A stretch of DNA of 62,922 nt, the filler included, from Intoshia linei (taxonomy: Eukaryota; Animalia; Orthonectida): the NCBI GenBank assembly GCA_001642005.1. It is 3 parts of 3 records of this genome, joined end to end, with 100 filler letters (N's around TTAATTAATTAA, not from the genome) between each part and the next. Parts side by side here need not be neighbours in the genome. Positions count along the whole stretch, not along the records: positions 21,345 to 40,712 come from LWCA01000741.1; 2 more parts are not named here. One strand, 5' to 3'. The position numbers and the translations under genes were made by a program. The notes below the pieces were generated by a model that saw nothing but the letters and a program-made list of their open reading frames with translations, did no database searches and was not told the origin of the DNA. Within the stretch, counting starts at the first letter, position 1; the number at the start of each line of letters is the position of its first letter. Shown here one piece after another: positions 24,906 through 38,520 of the stretch.

Positions 24906-27900
24906 CTATTTCTCCTTTTTTAATTTTTTCTTTGTTTCAGATGTACTATTTAAGATAAATAAAACAAAATTGTATATATAAGATACATTTTACTAATATC
25001 TACTTTAATAGACTCATCTTCGAGATTTAATGCCTTTTCTAAAGCTGATTGAATTTGAGGATCGACAATCTAAATTTTACTATATATAGAATATATATAA
25101 AAATGTTATAAAGTCGCGTGAAACTTGATACCGTGGGCGTCATTTTTAAATGCACTTTTAACATACAAAACGTTACATTTGGTATGATGGTTATAAACGA
25201 GTAGTTCTGTAGTCGTCAAATTTTATAAACCAATGTCGACAAGTAAATCCGTGCCAGTTAATGTAGGCATGTTAAACTTAATACATTTAAAATTTATTTA
25301 TATTTTTTTCCTGTTGACTTATTAATAAGTTATTATTAATCTGTTATGTAAACAAACTCTTAAAATTTCGGTAACAAGTTTTTGTTTTTGTAAAACTACA
25401 AAAAGTAAACGTTCCAAGTTAAAGAACATTGTTAGAAGCAATAATTACCGGTCTAATAAAATCTAATGTAGTTCTTGTTGGCATGTCTAATTGTAATATA
25501 ATAATATTTTCGTCCTACATGTAATATAGTTTGAAAATCATTAATTACCTTATATCTAGGATTTCCTTGGATCTTCCCCGCCATTCGTGAATATTGAGTT
25601 GTTGGTCTTTTAAAATTATTGGAAGCCATAGGGCGATCAGACATTGTTATTTTTCTAAACTTTAATATTAATTGTATCATATATACTATACTGGGGTTCG
25701 TTTGATTTTTGTAATTCTAAATGCCACGAATCTTCAGTTTTTCCATCAGAATTTTCCAATAATCTACATGTAACATCTTTGACATCATTTGGTAATAAAA
25801 AATTTTCAATTATATGGTTTCTATATTATACGATTAAATTGTGATATGACTGTGCAGATATTGGTACTTATTTCATAGGTACGTTAATTATTTACAATGT
25901 TTATTTAATTGAAAAATTATAACGTGTAACAAGTTATCCATACCTGTTAAAGTAAACGAAAATACGCATCATAAATCAAATTTATAATTTTACTATTTAT
26001 ATATCCTTAATTATATAAAGTAACTAGGTTAACTGTTATGTACTATGTACAAATAGCATATAGGTCTGCCGTGGGCACATTTTTATTATACCAAAAAAAT
26101 AAATTCATGTTGAAAATCTAACTTAATCCTACTATTCACTATTATCAATCCTTTAAACCAAACTTGTTTCAGGTGGAACCGTCATATCACATTACTTTTT
26201 AGTTTAAAGTGAATTATTCCATCTTAATTTTTTTGTTAACATTTGCGTGAAGAATTTTAAAAACAATTATCCTATTTTTTTAATTTATTAGAAAGAATGT
26301 ATATATAATATTAAAAATAAAGTAAAAACAGTCCAATCCTAAAAATTGTCATAAATAGCATTTTTTTAATTTTTAGACCGTTAATTATTGAACATTTTTA
26401 TTTTGATAAAATATTTCGGTAAAAAAATATATGAATACTAAAATGCTTTTTTGACCGTGAAGTCGTCACGTATTCGGATTGAAATTTTGTGTGTGTGTTA
26501 ACAGAATAAGGAAGACAAAAAGGACAATTGGGCTTTTTGAACCGTAATATGTGAGTTTGGGAGATTGAAATTTATTTTGTTAACACCCTAGAAAAAACAG
26601 TAATTGAAATGTAGAGTTTATAAAATTCTAAGACTGGTAGTTATTAAAATAAACGGTAACACAAACACAAAAAAATATTGCATAGCATATTATATATATA
26701 ATTACATTATCTTATATATATATATATATATAAGTAAGTATACTTTAGTTTAATTTGTCTAGTCAATCCTTCTTGAAGATTTTGAAGACGATTACGATCA
26801 AGACGGTATTCCTCGGTTAGTCTATTAATTTCTTTGCGTTCATCTTGATACTGGGCATACAACTAAAAGTTTCTTATTAAAAACGTGCATCGGTTATTAT
26901 TATTTATTAGTTTATTCCATTAAGTCACATACAAAATAACAAATTTCTGAAACAAACAAAAATATCTCATATAACTGAGTGAAATACATTTTTATATGAT
27001 TTATTGACTACATCGTTATACTCTCATAGCCTTAAATATTGAAATACCGAAATGGCGGAATTGGGAAGCCTGACTGTACTACCATATACCAAAAAATGTA
27101 AATTAAATCTAGAAACATCCGACAAATAGTTGTGATTTTATATATATTTCACTACAAAAAGGCTCCCAATTATCATACCCATGGTTTGTGTTTTAACATA
27201 GACATAACCATTATCTTTCATATAATGGTATACTTTGTATTTTACAACTTTTTAGTATAACACTAATCCCAACACATATATTTGCAAACTAGAGACTGAT
27301 GCATCAAATTGAGACGCCACGATTTAAAATAAAAAAATACCTTTTTTAATTTTTTTGTTTTTATGTCAACTTCCTGTTGCAGGGAATGATATGTTTCGTG
27401 TATTGTTGTTGCACTTTTTTGATGTTCTTGGATTTGTTTTTGAATTTCTTCTTGACTTTTCTAAATATTTTCAAAAATTAATACAAAGACAACAAAAGCA
27501 CATCGCATGCCCTTTAAAAATTAAAAATAGGATCCTAAAAAACCACTGGTATATTGTAAATTTTTATGCTATTTATTACAATGAAATGCATTTTAAATAA
27601 ACATTACTTGTTGGTCACACCATTTTGTTCATAACATAACATTGTATTATTATTATTAATAAGTAAGTTGTGAAGCTGTATCATTTGGGATCCATACGGA
27701 CCAATAAATTTTATTTAAATGCACATTATAAAATAATTTATATAAAAACTTTTCATTCTAAAAACACTAATTATGATAAATTTTCTAATGATATTCATAC
27801 GAAACCAAAAAGTGAGTTTTTTAAAAAAATAAAAAATAAACCCAAAATAATCTTATAACCATGAAAATTATTGGATGAACACGACCAGTAATCAACTAAT

Positions 27901-30900
27901 AGATAAAGTTCCCTGTATTCTGAGAGCCATGCTAACAATCACAATTAAATAATTTCTCACCTTTCTTTGTTCAATCAACCTTTGTCTTTCATTCAATTTT
28001 TCCTGTTGATCTTTTGTGTGATCTACAATATTTTTTCCTCCTTGTAATAATTTACTTTCCATATTCTACATCACATATAAATTGATTTTAAAAATTCAAA
28101 TATAAACGTATAATAGCTATTGGCTATACCTGTATTTTTGATTTAAGATTATCCCTCAAATTTTGTTGATTCACTAATTCGTCTTCTTTCACAATTTGTT
28201 CGTTTATTAATTTTTGTTTTTCCTTTGAAATTATATAATTAATTTTATTTTTAACTGAAATCGTAATTCTTACGCAAGAATCTTTTTGTGGAAATTGTTA
28301 AATCATTATATTAACTTTCCTGCTCCACACTCAATAAAAAAGTTTGAAACTTCCGACATGTTTGTAGAAATCGAAAGGCCTGATAATTTCATAAACGTCA
28401 AGATATTTTAAAATTTTTTATTATGAATAATTGAAGTTATAATATAACGGATTAACTTATTGATAAGTTATCAAACAATTTTCCTGCAAGTACGTATAAC
28501 TTAAAGTTCATGTCAAACAATATGAATAACTACCTCCTTTATTAAGCTGGTATCATTTTCAATATTTTCTCGATCCTTTTGAAGTTTTTCGCGTTGTTCA
28601 ATCATATAATCGTCCAATTCATCCTCATCTGAATTTTCTTCTTCTAATAAAATACTTGATTCACGTAAAAAAGGATTAATAAAAATTTGAAAAAAAATAA
28701 TCTCTCTACAATCCAAACAAAATGCATTTAATTAACCATAATTTTTGAAAGACAGGGTAAATAAATAGTACTTTTCCTCCGTAACTTTGAAGGTTTATCA
28801 TTTTTAACAAGTTGAGATTTAAGTCTATCAATTTCATCTTTAAATTCTCTTAGTAAAGCGTCTTTTGGGTTTTCATTAATTTTAGGTTTGTTTTTTATAT
28901 TTTTTGCTCTATTAGCATATCTAAAAAAGAAAATAAATTACTAACAACTTTAGATAAATACATTATCAATTATCAGTAGTAATAGCCAACCATGGGATCT
29001 TTAGACCAATTTACATATTAGTCACAACTAGAGGTGGCATAAAATTCAATGAGTTTTGTGTTGAGCATGCTCATTGTGCAAAAAAGTGCACAATCGTGGT
29101 TTGTGTTGAGTATTGTGCAAAAAATTTTTGAGCCTGACTATTGTGGGGAAATGTAGATGCATGAACGCCTTCGAACATTAAGTGAAATCGATGAGTGGAA
29201 TGAATTATTACCGTATATACTTATGAGCACAAGATATACCATATCTAAAAAAATCGGTGTGTTTTCTGCTGAAATAGTACTGGGCTACGATATAAATAGA
29301 GATAATGCTAATAGATTATCCTTAAAGGAGGCAATTACATCTCATAAAAAAATTCACAATTCTAGAGTAAAGAGAAACTATGATTCTCATGTACAAAAAT
29401 CTAAATTCCATACTAAATTTAAACCTCTCTTACCTCATAAAAAATAAACAAAATCCTCTATATACTCTCAAACAAAAAAGACACACAGTTATACCTGGAA
29501 AATTTAAAGACTATGTTACTTTCTAGAATGAAGGTGTAATGTTGTCACATTTTAAACTTTATTGATTTGTAATATCGTCCAGAAATTATATTAAATTAAA
29601 TATAAGATTTATATTGTAAATATCTTAGTATCTAAAACATTACAGTGATATTAGGGAATATCAACAAACTTGCAAAAATAATAGAAAATTTTGTAGAGAA
29701 GAAATCGAGTTGCATGAGTTGTTGAATTGATACCAACTTAATTCATAACCGTAATAAAATATGATGAAACATTATCTAATAAATTATATTCACGAAAAAT
29801 TGTTTTTGAAAGTAGTTTATAGCCTTAAAATGACTAATAAAATATTTTCTATTACAGAGTCGGTACTCTATACCAGAGTTTCAAATAGTATTTATTTAAA
29901 AACAATTATTTTAAAATTAGTTTTTTCGATGTATTTTTTGCTGAAATACTGCAATCATTAATTTAGTTCTAAAAGTTGAAAATGTGTATTTATTTATAAT
30001 CCGTGGAAATTTAAAATTTACTCTGAATTTATGGATATTTAAAATTAAAATTATTTTTTATGAAATTAAATATTTATGAGATTTTTTTACAATGATTTGA
30101 TTGCTTATCCAATGAAAACATTAAATCTTAGAAAATGGCAAAAATTTAAATAAATTAACTATAAAAATTATTTAATTTAATTAAATTTTCGTAAGTAACT
30201 AAACTATAACATTTAGAAACTGAACGAAAAAATTAATAATTAATACCTTCCATAAAATAAAAAAAACAAAAATAAATCACCATATAACAAGACATACACA
30301 GACTTTCTCTGAAAAAAAGACGTAACAAAAATTTTACTTTATTTTATTTTTCAATCTTGGTACAGTGAGCACCGATCCTGTTTTCTTGAATTTAATAAGT
30401 AATTTGTACACTGAACCTCTCGTGAATAGTCTATCAAGACCAAATTTCTCAATAAAAATATTTTTGACTTGTGAATTATATTTTTTAAAAATATGCAATT
30501 GTTGAATAATAAATATTCTTTCGTTTGTGGTTAATATTATCAAATATCAATTCAGTCTCAACTTTTCGTACAATTACTTTGAACTTTATTAATAATATGT
30601 TTATTTCTAGATTTGAATTTTTGTACTCTTAATTTTTAAATGAAACAACAGAAAAGCACGATAATGGCTTACTAAACTATAAATGCATACCTTAAAGTTG
30701 TCAAAGTTTCTTCAACATTCCAAGAAGCAGGTCCAATATTAGCAATCATTACAGTTTTTGAATTACCTCCGAGTGAATCTAGTAATATACATTAGTAAAT
30801 ATAAATTAATTCGAAATTACAATTGGCTAACGTAAATTAATATTAATAATAATTTGTATTCAGCACAATTGTAAAGATGATACAATTAGAAAAAATTTTT

Positions 30901-33086
30901 TAATCGACTGAATTACAAAACTGTACACTTGTAATTAACCTTGTAATAATCTTGTCAATTTTGAATCACGATAAGGAATGTGTGTTGTCGATTGCGAAAC
31001 CAATGCTGAAATAACATTCCCCAATGCCGACAATGATAAATTAATTTTCGTTGCTTCTTTTAATCTATCACCCTAAAATATTCATTAATGGATACAATAT
31101 TTATGAGCAATACGAGGAAAATTATTAACATTTTAAAAACACTAAGACTAATTTATCTCAACTACTCTTAGCTTAGACTAAGATTATGACTTACTTCTGA
31201 ATGAGTTTTCCCTTGCCTTTCACTGCCCGCTAAATCTACTAAATTTAATCTACCTACTCTTATATGAGCTTCACCGTCATCCGGGTTCATCTAATGACAA
31301 ATATACACTAGTTTTTAAATTAATACTTCACTACATTCAATCGTAATGATGAAAATTGCATGGGACCGTGAACTATGTTCATTCATATTTGTTGCACTAA
31401 AATATATCACAATGTAATGCAAATTTATCATTTTAATATACAGTACTAGGTTGACGGTTATGTACTTCGTACAAACAGCATCCTAGCGCTGGCGAGGGCA
31501 GACATTTTTATCTTATTCAGATTGAAATTTTATGTGTGTCTTAATAGGGCACAAATGTACCACCTGAAATTTTTTTTAAATTCTAGGCTGTTTTCATTTA
31601 AAAAAAAAGAGTAGTGTGGAGTTTTGATTGTGAAAATTATTTTTTTTGAGGTTTCCATTTATGATAATGTTTATGATTTTTATAATTATCCTAGAATTTA
31701 TGTTTAAAAAAATTTTAAGACATGTTTCATTTTTAAAACAAAGGGTAATTTATGGTTTTGATCATGAAGGTGTGCGTTTTTGAGACTGAGATTAACGAAA
31801 ATGTTAATGATTTTAAAACAGCCTCCAAAAATGTATTTTTATTACATTTTTGGGTTGATTTTTTTATATAAAAGGGAAAATTGGGATTTGTACCCTGAAG
31901 GACTCAAATTCTGAAACTGAAAAATAGATGGGACAAGGCAATAAATAGCAAGGGAAACACGTCCTGGAAAAAACTGTGTTAAAAATTGGGTTTTTTTAAA
32001 TCCTGCGACTGTCAATTTTTTCAATAAATGGTTACACACAGACATTCATTTTTATATAAGTAAAGGATATGAAAGTTAATCGGGTCCCTTGTTTGGATTT
32101 TTTAAATTTTCATTAATGTAATTTTATTTATACATTAGAATCAGGGTACACATGTTAGAATTAGTTATAGTTAAATACGCGCAATTTATGTTGATGTAAA
32201 ACATAAGATTTTGTACGGTTGGGATAGGACTTATGCGAACAAACATGTATTAACAAAATACCCAAATGATCGATTTTTATCTCCAACTTTCATAACATGA
32301 TCAATTTCTTTTACACTTTTGGTGACAAATGAAGATAAATTCTAAATATTATTAATTGACGATGTTAACATTTTCACAATGATTACTTTTACATATACAC
32401 CCGTGTCCGGTTTTTCTTTCAAGATGAGACGGGACGATTGATCTTTAGATAGTAAATCCCGTATTTCTTCCTAAAAAATGTAAATTTGCTGCCTTAGATA
32501 AAAATCACCAAGTAAATTTCTAAATAAGAAGCCCTAATCAAATATTGCTGATTTTCAGATTTTTGAATATGTTCAAAAATTTGATAGAATGAATGTGGTA
32601 TAATTCCCATCAAATCCGGATCATTTTGTTTTCCTGAAAATTGAACATTATATATAGTCAACATAAAATTTTAAATTTATGAAACCTTGCATAGTATAAG
32701 TTTTCCCAGTTCCCGTTTGACCATATGCAAAAACGGTACCATTAAAGCCAGACAACACTGATTTAACTATGTTTGTGAAAGATTCTTTGTAAATTCCTTT
32801 TTGAGTAGATCTAAATGCAATTAAATGAAATTATTGATTGACGTAACTCTTCTCCGTGAACGGAATCAAAAGTAAATTTTTTAACATTTCCTTCAGATTC
32901 GTCTTTAAAATCTCCATTATCTGCTATCGAAATTTGCGACAATTTTTTATCAACACGTACAATACTAAAATGGCCATTTAAACGCAATATTAATCACTAT
33001 AAAAACTTTTTATAATTTGCGTCTTTTTCTGATTTATTCAACGGTCTACATCTCATTACTACTTTTATACATTCAGTGTGTTTCAT
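24906..33086 (-). CDS. KIF3B: Kinesin-2 motor subunit (KIF3B/KRP95-like)
   Basis: N-terminus [17 protein letters not shown]; P-loop [11 protein letters not shown]; [12 protein letters not shown]; NEHSSRSH; LVDLAGSER; [20 protein letters not shown]; YANRAKNI. The KIF3B-type tail reads [43 protein letters not shown]. Confidence 0.93.
26024..26740 (-). mobile_element. Non-autonomous Helitron-like element, near full length, in a KIF3B intron
   Basis: The 3' CTAG end is at 26024. The 5' end is degenerate with a (TA)n expansion at ~26715-26740. Confidence 0.7.
29157..29666 (+). mobile_element. Gypsy-type LTR retrotransposon 3' remnant (integrase tail, PPT, short LTR)
   Basis: [29 protein letters not shown] resembles the integrase C-terminal motif. 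A purine-rich tract at ~29525-29536 is followed by a 127-bp segment with TGTTG...CAACA termini (29540-29666). Confidence 0.6.
30334..30543 (-). mobile_element. Tc1/mariner transposase N-terminal HTH remnant (DUF4817-like)
   Basis: [10 protein letters not shown]...F.EKFG...[18 protein letters not shown] resembles the DUF4817 HTH ending KF..TGSV. Confidence 0.6.
31446..32067 (-). mobile_element. Non-autonomous Helitron-like element (divergent subfamily) with both termini
   Basis: On the minus strand it reads A|TCCTTTACTTATATA ... GTCAACCTAG|T, inserted between A and T with no TSD. Confidence 0.7.
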
Positions 33087-33584
33087 AATTCAAATTTTTT
33101 CATGATTAATCAATTTTTATTATGTGGAATCAGCCCTGAATTTTGTTGTCATAATAAATTGTAATATTTCTATTACAAAGTTTCAAAATATTTGTTCCAT
33201 TGGATACACTTTTATGCTACATTTATCCATTTAAATTCCACTATTTCTTTAAATAAGGAACCGATATAGTATTTAGACAAAAAAGGTTGTACAGAAACTT
33301 TTATAAAATAAAACTACAAAATGTACGAACGAACGAAAATGATAAATATTGTAAATAATGTGCGCTATGAATATTATTCAGTGAATATACATCAATAAGT
33401 GATTTATCAATTTTATAACGACTGAAATGATTTCCGTGAAATTTAAAATAGCTACAGACAAATCACAAAGCCTAGCAATAATTGAAACTTATTTTATCAT
33501 TAGGAATGAAACCAATAGTAACATATAACATTGTATCTATTGAGAAAAATATCAAATTTCAGAGTTTTAAATTTAAAAATAAAC

Positions 33585-35142
33585 ATGCTGACTGATTTTG
33601 GTGATTTCGATGAATCTCATAGACAAGAAAAAATGTTGCTGGAAATTGGAAATTTAACTTGTGATGAAGATATATTGGTAATTTTAATTTTTTATAATAT
33701 TTAATTTGAACTGTAGAATTATATTGCTGCCAATAAACTTACCCTTCAAGATTTGTACTATATTTCAAAATGCAACGAATATAAAATTAAATGTAAAAAA
33801 CAAGAAATTTCATGCAAACGTTATCGTGTCGAGTTTTTGAACAAGCAACGATTAGACAAGCATAAAACAAAGCGACCCAGTCATTTAATTATCAATAAAT
33901 CTATTCAAAATCCAAATAATAGTGATTATTCTAGTGAAAAATTTGTGAAACTTGAAGCAAAGTTAATTGAACAAATTGAAATTAATGACAAATTAGGCAA
34001 GTTTTTTAATGTTTTGTTTTAGATTGGTTAAAATAAAGTTATAAGATATATTATGAAACATTAAGCAAACCATTATAAGGGTTGGAAAAATCAAGAATAT
34101 ACAATGTATATTATGCATGATACTACTTATTGTATTCAGTGACCAAATGGGGTGTGTACTTGTCTCTAAATACCTGCCCAGTGTCCATGTACGTATTTTG
34201 TGGGTTAAAATTTTTTATTTTTAATGACTAATTAGAATAAAGCGATCAGAAGTATGTTTTTTTGAACACTGAAAAACGTAATAAAAATATTACCAATTAA
34301 TGTTTAATATGTAGTAACAACGTAGGTAATTTATAATTATACAATAATGAATAAATTGTTAATAAGTTTTTATTCTGGTTGTTTTAATTAAAATGGGAAT
34401 AATTTACTGACACTAGATATTATGTTTATAAAAAATTCAATTTTTGCATTTTCTTTCACGGGTGTCAGTGACATTATGTCACTGGAATCAGGCATTGGAA
34501 ATAATTGATTGCAAATTGCAATCAATCTTTCTACAATGCATTCGTTTATCATTCAATTTATGATGTTATATATAAGAGTTAGAGCAATAAAAGATAAAAT
34601 AATTGGAATAAATTTTAATGTAGACATAAAAAATTAAATTATATTCAATTTATTGCAATTTCCCGATGCTTTTATTTATTTTCCAATTAAGCCAATTTTT
34701 TCCAATCAAGTCATTTTTTTTGAAATTTTATAATTTTCCAATGCATTGATTGTAAAACCAATGTGATTGGTAAAATAAATACAATCAATCTATAATTTCC
34801 AATGCCTGCCTGGGATGATCGGTTTAACTTCATTATTTTATTATTATGAACTCTGGAACTACCATGAAAAAAGTTATAATGTATTTATTTCCATTCAGAA
34901 GGAGAACTCAAAATTTCTCAAAACACTTATGCCGAAAAAAATAAGGAACTTACTCGTATTGAAAATAAAATTAAACAGTTAGAAATGGAAGCAAATTTGA
35001 CTGATAATCATTCTGAAAATATCATCCAATCTCAGAACAACATTATGCAGCTATTAGTAGTAAATTTTTATTAATTTAAAGTGTACAAGTTTATTCAAAG
35101 TAAGTACAAAAGATTCACATTTTTATAATTATAGAAAATAAT
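33585..35142 (+). CDS. Hypothetical coiled-coil protein, divergent from KIF3B
   Basis: Exons 33585-33677, 33717-33996 and from 34899. The frame is continuous through a GC-AG intron into EGELKISQNTYAEKNKELTRIENKIKQLEME. The 3' end is uncertain. Confidence 0.55.
34489..34808. mobile_element. hAT-like MITE
   Basis: TIR CAGGCATTGGAAAT / ATTTCCAATGCCTG, with flanks ACTGGAAT and CCTGGGAT (6/8 match as a TSD). Confidence 0.65.
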
Positions 35143-35906
35143 ATTATTATAATAAAATCGTATTTATTGATATTGAACATGACCAATAACAACATTAATG
35201 GTAAAAATGAACATAGACGCTGTATTTAATAAGATTTAATTATGTAAATTATGTTATTTCAATTAAAGCAATATTTTTCTTAAGTACATACAACAGTACA
35301 ATAAAAGCAACAAAACGATGTAATCAAAAAGATGACATGTAAGAATTAATGATATTTTTGTTGTTGTTTATCGGAAACAAGTTTATCATATCTAGGTTTT
35401 GTTAAATAAAAAGGAGCTCTCATATAGGACCGTGAAGAGACTTGGGTCCATATGGCCCGGGCCTACTATTTTAATTTATGAATAGGTAATGTTGATAATC
35501 TGGGCTTCATTATTTAGCATTCTTTTTTTTATCGGTGTAATGTATGTTTCGACTAGGACATCTCTTATAGTGAAAGCTTTTTTATTCACTATATCGAGAC
35601 ATGCCGTGGGTGTAATGGAAAAATCTTTTGACAATATGGCTAATTTTAAATAATGTCGCAAATAGGTTAATAATAATAATTTGTGTTTTAATCTTAATTT
35701 GGACTATTTACCTTTTTTCCTACCTTCGACTAGAAAGGTTTCGCAGGTCTTGTAAATATCATCAAGTTGAACCTCGGTAAAACCTGTCATATTGTATATA
35801 CCAGGGCTGGCCAACTTGATTTTTTAGAGATCGACTTTATATTTTTTGAAATACTAGTGATCGACTATACTGAACTTTAATAAGTAATAGTACATTATAA
35901 TATACA

Positions 35907-36200
35907 CTAGCTTGACTGTTAGGTACTACGTACAAACAGCACCTAGCTCTGCCGAGGGCACATTTTTATAATAAATTCAGATTTGAGATTTTCAGAAAAT
36001 CTAACTTAAAAATCCTACTATTCACTATTATCAATCCTTTAAAGGAGTAAAAATAAATTCACGTTGAAAATCTAATTTAAAAATCCTACTATTCACTATT
36101 ATCAATCCTTTAAAGGAGTGGTTCCCAAATTTGTTTCAGGTGGAACCATCATATCACATTACTTTTTACTTTAAAGTGAATTATCCCATTTTTAAATTTA
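35907..36200 (-). mobile_element. Helitron-like element 3' part, with an internal tandem duplication of about 70 bp
   Basis: CTAG end at 35907. GAAAATCTAA...TTTAAAGGAGT is repeated at ~35995 and ~36067. Confidence 0.65.
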
Positions 36201-36252
36201 TTAGAAAGCTTACGGGGTCTTAGAGAATATTCATTTTTGATGTACACTAGGG

Positions 36253-36887
36253 CAGCGGTTCTCAACCTTTTTTAGGCCATGGCCCAAAAAAGTTTTGCCT
36301 AAAATTCCATGGCCAACATTAAAATATCTATTTTTATTTACAGTAAAATGCTTTATTTATTTAAATTTATACTAGTTAGTGACTGCTTTGGCATTGGTGT
36401 TTGTTGCAGAATGAATCGTAATCAATTTCTATTAGTTTATTCAATCTTAATCGCATTATTCCTTGGTTGTTCACATCCAATTTTGACCTCTTATTGCTAA
36501 AAATCCAGCTTCTACAAGCCATGTTATAGGAAAAGCAATAATGCTTGGTTGAACATTATCAAACATAATTGGATTTGATTCTTCAATTCCCATAAATTTA
36601 AATACACCTTTCTTTTCTATTCGTCTCACTAATTTCAAATTTAATTTTAAATACTTAAAATAAATAAGTTAAATTAAGTTAAAAAGTTATTCAGTCAGTT
36701 CAGAACTGGTTTCATCATCTGGTTCAAAGTTTTAAAGATTTGTAAACCATAATTCCAAATTTATATTTCAAATTCATATGCATTTATAGATTTTGTTTTG
36801 GTTAGCAATTTTATGGCTTAATACACCAAATTTTTTTTAATGTTGAAAATTTTCTGTGGGTCACATGGTCCACGTTGCGAACCCATG
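36253..36887. mobile_element. hAT/Buster non-autonomous element
   Basis: CAGCGGTTCTCAAC...GTTGCGAACCCATG termini with a perfect 8-bp TSD CACTAGGG (NNNTANNN). Confidence 0.8.
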
Positions 36888-36895
36888 CACTAGGG

Positions 36896-38520
36896 CAGAG
36901 GTTCCCAACTGATACAACCTCACGACCCACTTTTTATCAAAAAAGTTTTCGCGACCCACTTAATTATTTCAAGTAAATTAGTGAATTAATATAACGAATT
37001 ATAATAGTATGTTTTTTTAAAAACATTGTTTGCCTGACAAAAAAAAGAATAAAAAATATATTTTTATTAACATTGAAATATAATGTTTTTTTGAATGAAA
37101 ATTTAATCTGTAAGTAATTTAATGAGAAGTTTATGATTTACTTTCTAATACTAATTTTGATAGTTGCGGTTGTGTTGTGGTAAGAGCCAATCGAATATCA
37201 GCTCGCATGTCAAGTCGATTTCTATATTTATTTTTGATTTGTACAAGTGTAGAAAATCCTGATTCACATAAATATGTGGAAGGAAATGGAAGTAATACAC
37301 GGAAAGCAATTGTTGTAACATTAGGATATTCGCCGTACAAATGACACCGAAGGTACTGAATGATTTTTCTGTATACATGTCACGGGCGGCAGAATCGTTA
37401 CGTAGATGCAATAATTCATCTTGAATGTTATCAGGAATAGAATCAAAATTTAGATTAGTCAAGAAAGGATTACGTACCATACTGCATTCTTCTTTTTCGA
37501 GCTCAGGAAAATATCTTTTAATTTCATTTTCAAGGCTACTAAGATGACTACATATTTCCAATTTTTAGGTTTATATGGATTTCTGCGTCAAATTCATCAA
37601 ATAAATGGGATAAATTGTCAAACATTGCAATGTTTCCTACATTTATTTTTCTAATCCAATTGTTGAGTTTATCAATAAACGCATGAAGATAATTTTGGGA
37701 TTTCAATATATTTGTCTGCCATCCTTGGAGTTTTATATTTAATGCATTGAGGTAATTAAAAATGTCAGATGCAACCATTTGAATCCATTTGTCATCATTA
37801 AAATCATAAATCATTTCATGTTTTTTTTTAATTTCAAGGAATTGTTTAATTTCACTTTTTAAATTAAATATCCTATTAATCATATTACCCTTTGATAACC
37901 AACGTACAGAGGTATAAAATAGCAAATTTTCAAAATTAGCATTCGTGTCTCTGCATAATTCCTGAAATACTCGACTATTCAATGCACTTATTTTTATTAT
38001 TGAATTGAGAGTGGTCATCAACTTTGGTGGGAGTGTTGTAGATGCCAGGACATATCTGTGGATCATACAATGTATACCCTTAACTTAAGGTGAAAGTTCT
38101 TTTACCATTTTTTGAAATCCAGACTTAACACCTAGCATAGCTGGAGCACCATCTGTACTTACTCCGCATACATTTTTCCAATTCAACTCTGAGCCTTCAA
38201 AAAATATATTAATAGTATTAAAAATGTCAATTGTTTTTGGTAGTATTTGTAAGTTCATGACAATTAATATTCTAAATAAAAATTCTTCTTTCATTGAATT
38301 AGAATGTACATACCTCACAAACGCCATTAGTTGAACACATGAACTAACATCAGTTGATTCATACACATGAAAAGAAAACAAAGGGGATGCTTTAATCTCA
38401 GATCCGATTTGATTTTTTACATCGATGGACATATCAGAAATACGCCTCTGAATCGTATTATTTCATAAAGGTATTTGTTTCATCCTGCTTTCACTGGCTT
38501 CCCCAAGAATTAATCTAATC
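36896..38520 (-). mobile_element. Decayed hAT/Buster transposon (ZBED5/SCAND3-like transposase pseudogene)
   Basis: Frameshifted ORFs with ESTDVS..QLMAFVRY, VSTDGAPAM, (HC)MIHR, VRWLSKG, LLPFPSTYLCESGFS and KYRNRL. TIR CAGAGGTTCCCAAC at 36896. Confidence 0.9.

Noticed and set aside
35476-35790. Possible Penelope-like retroelement fragment (KKAFTIRDVLV)
   Set aside because: Only a weak motif resemblance, with no RT or GIY-YIG motif visible.
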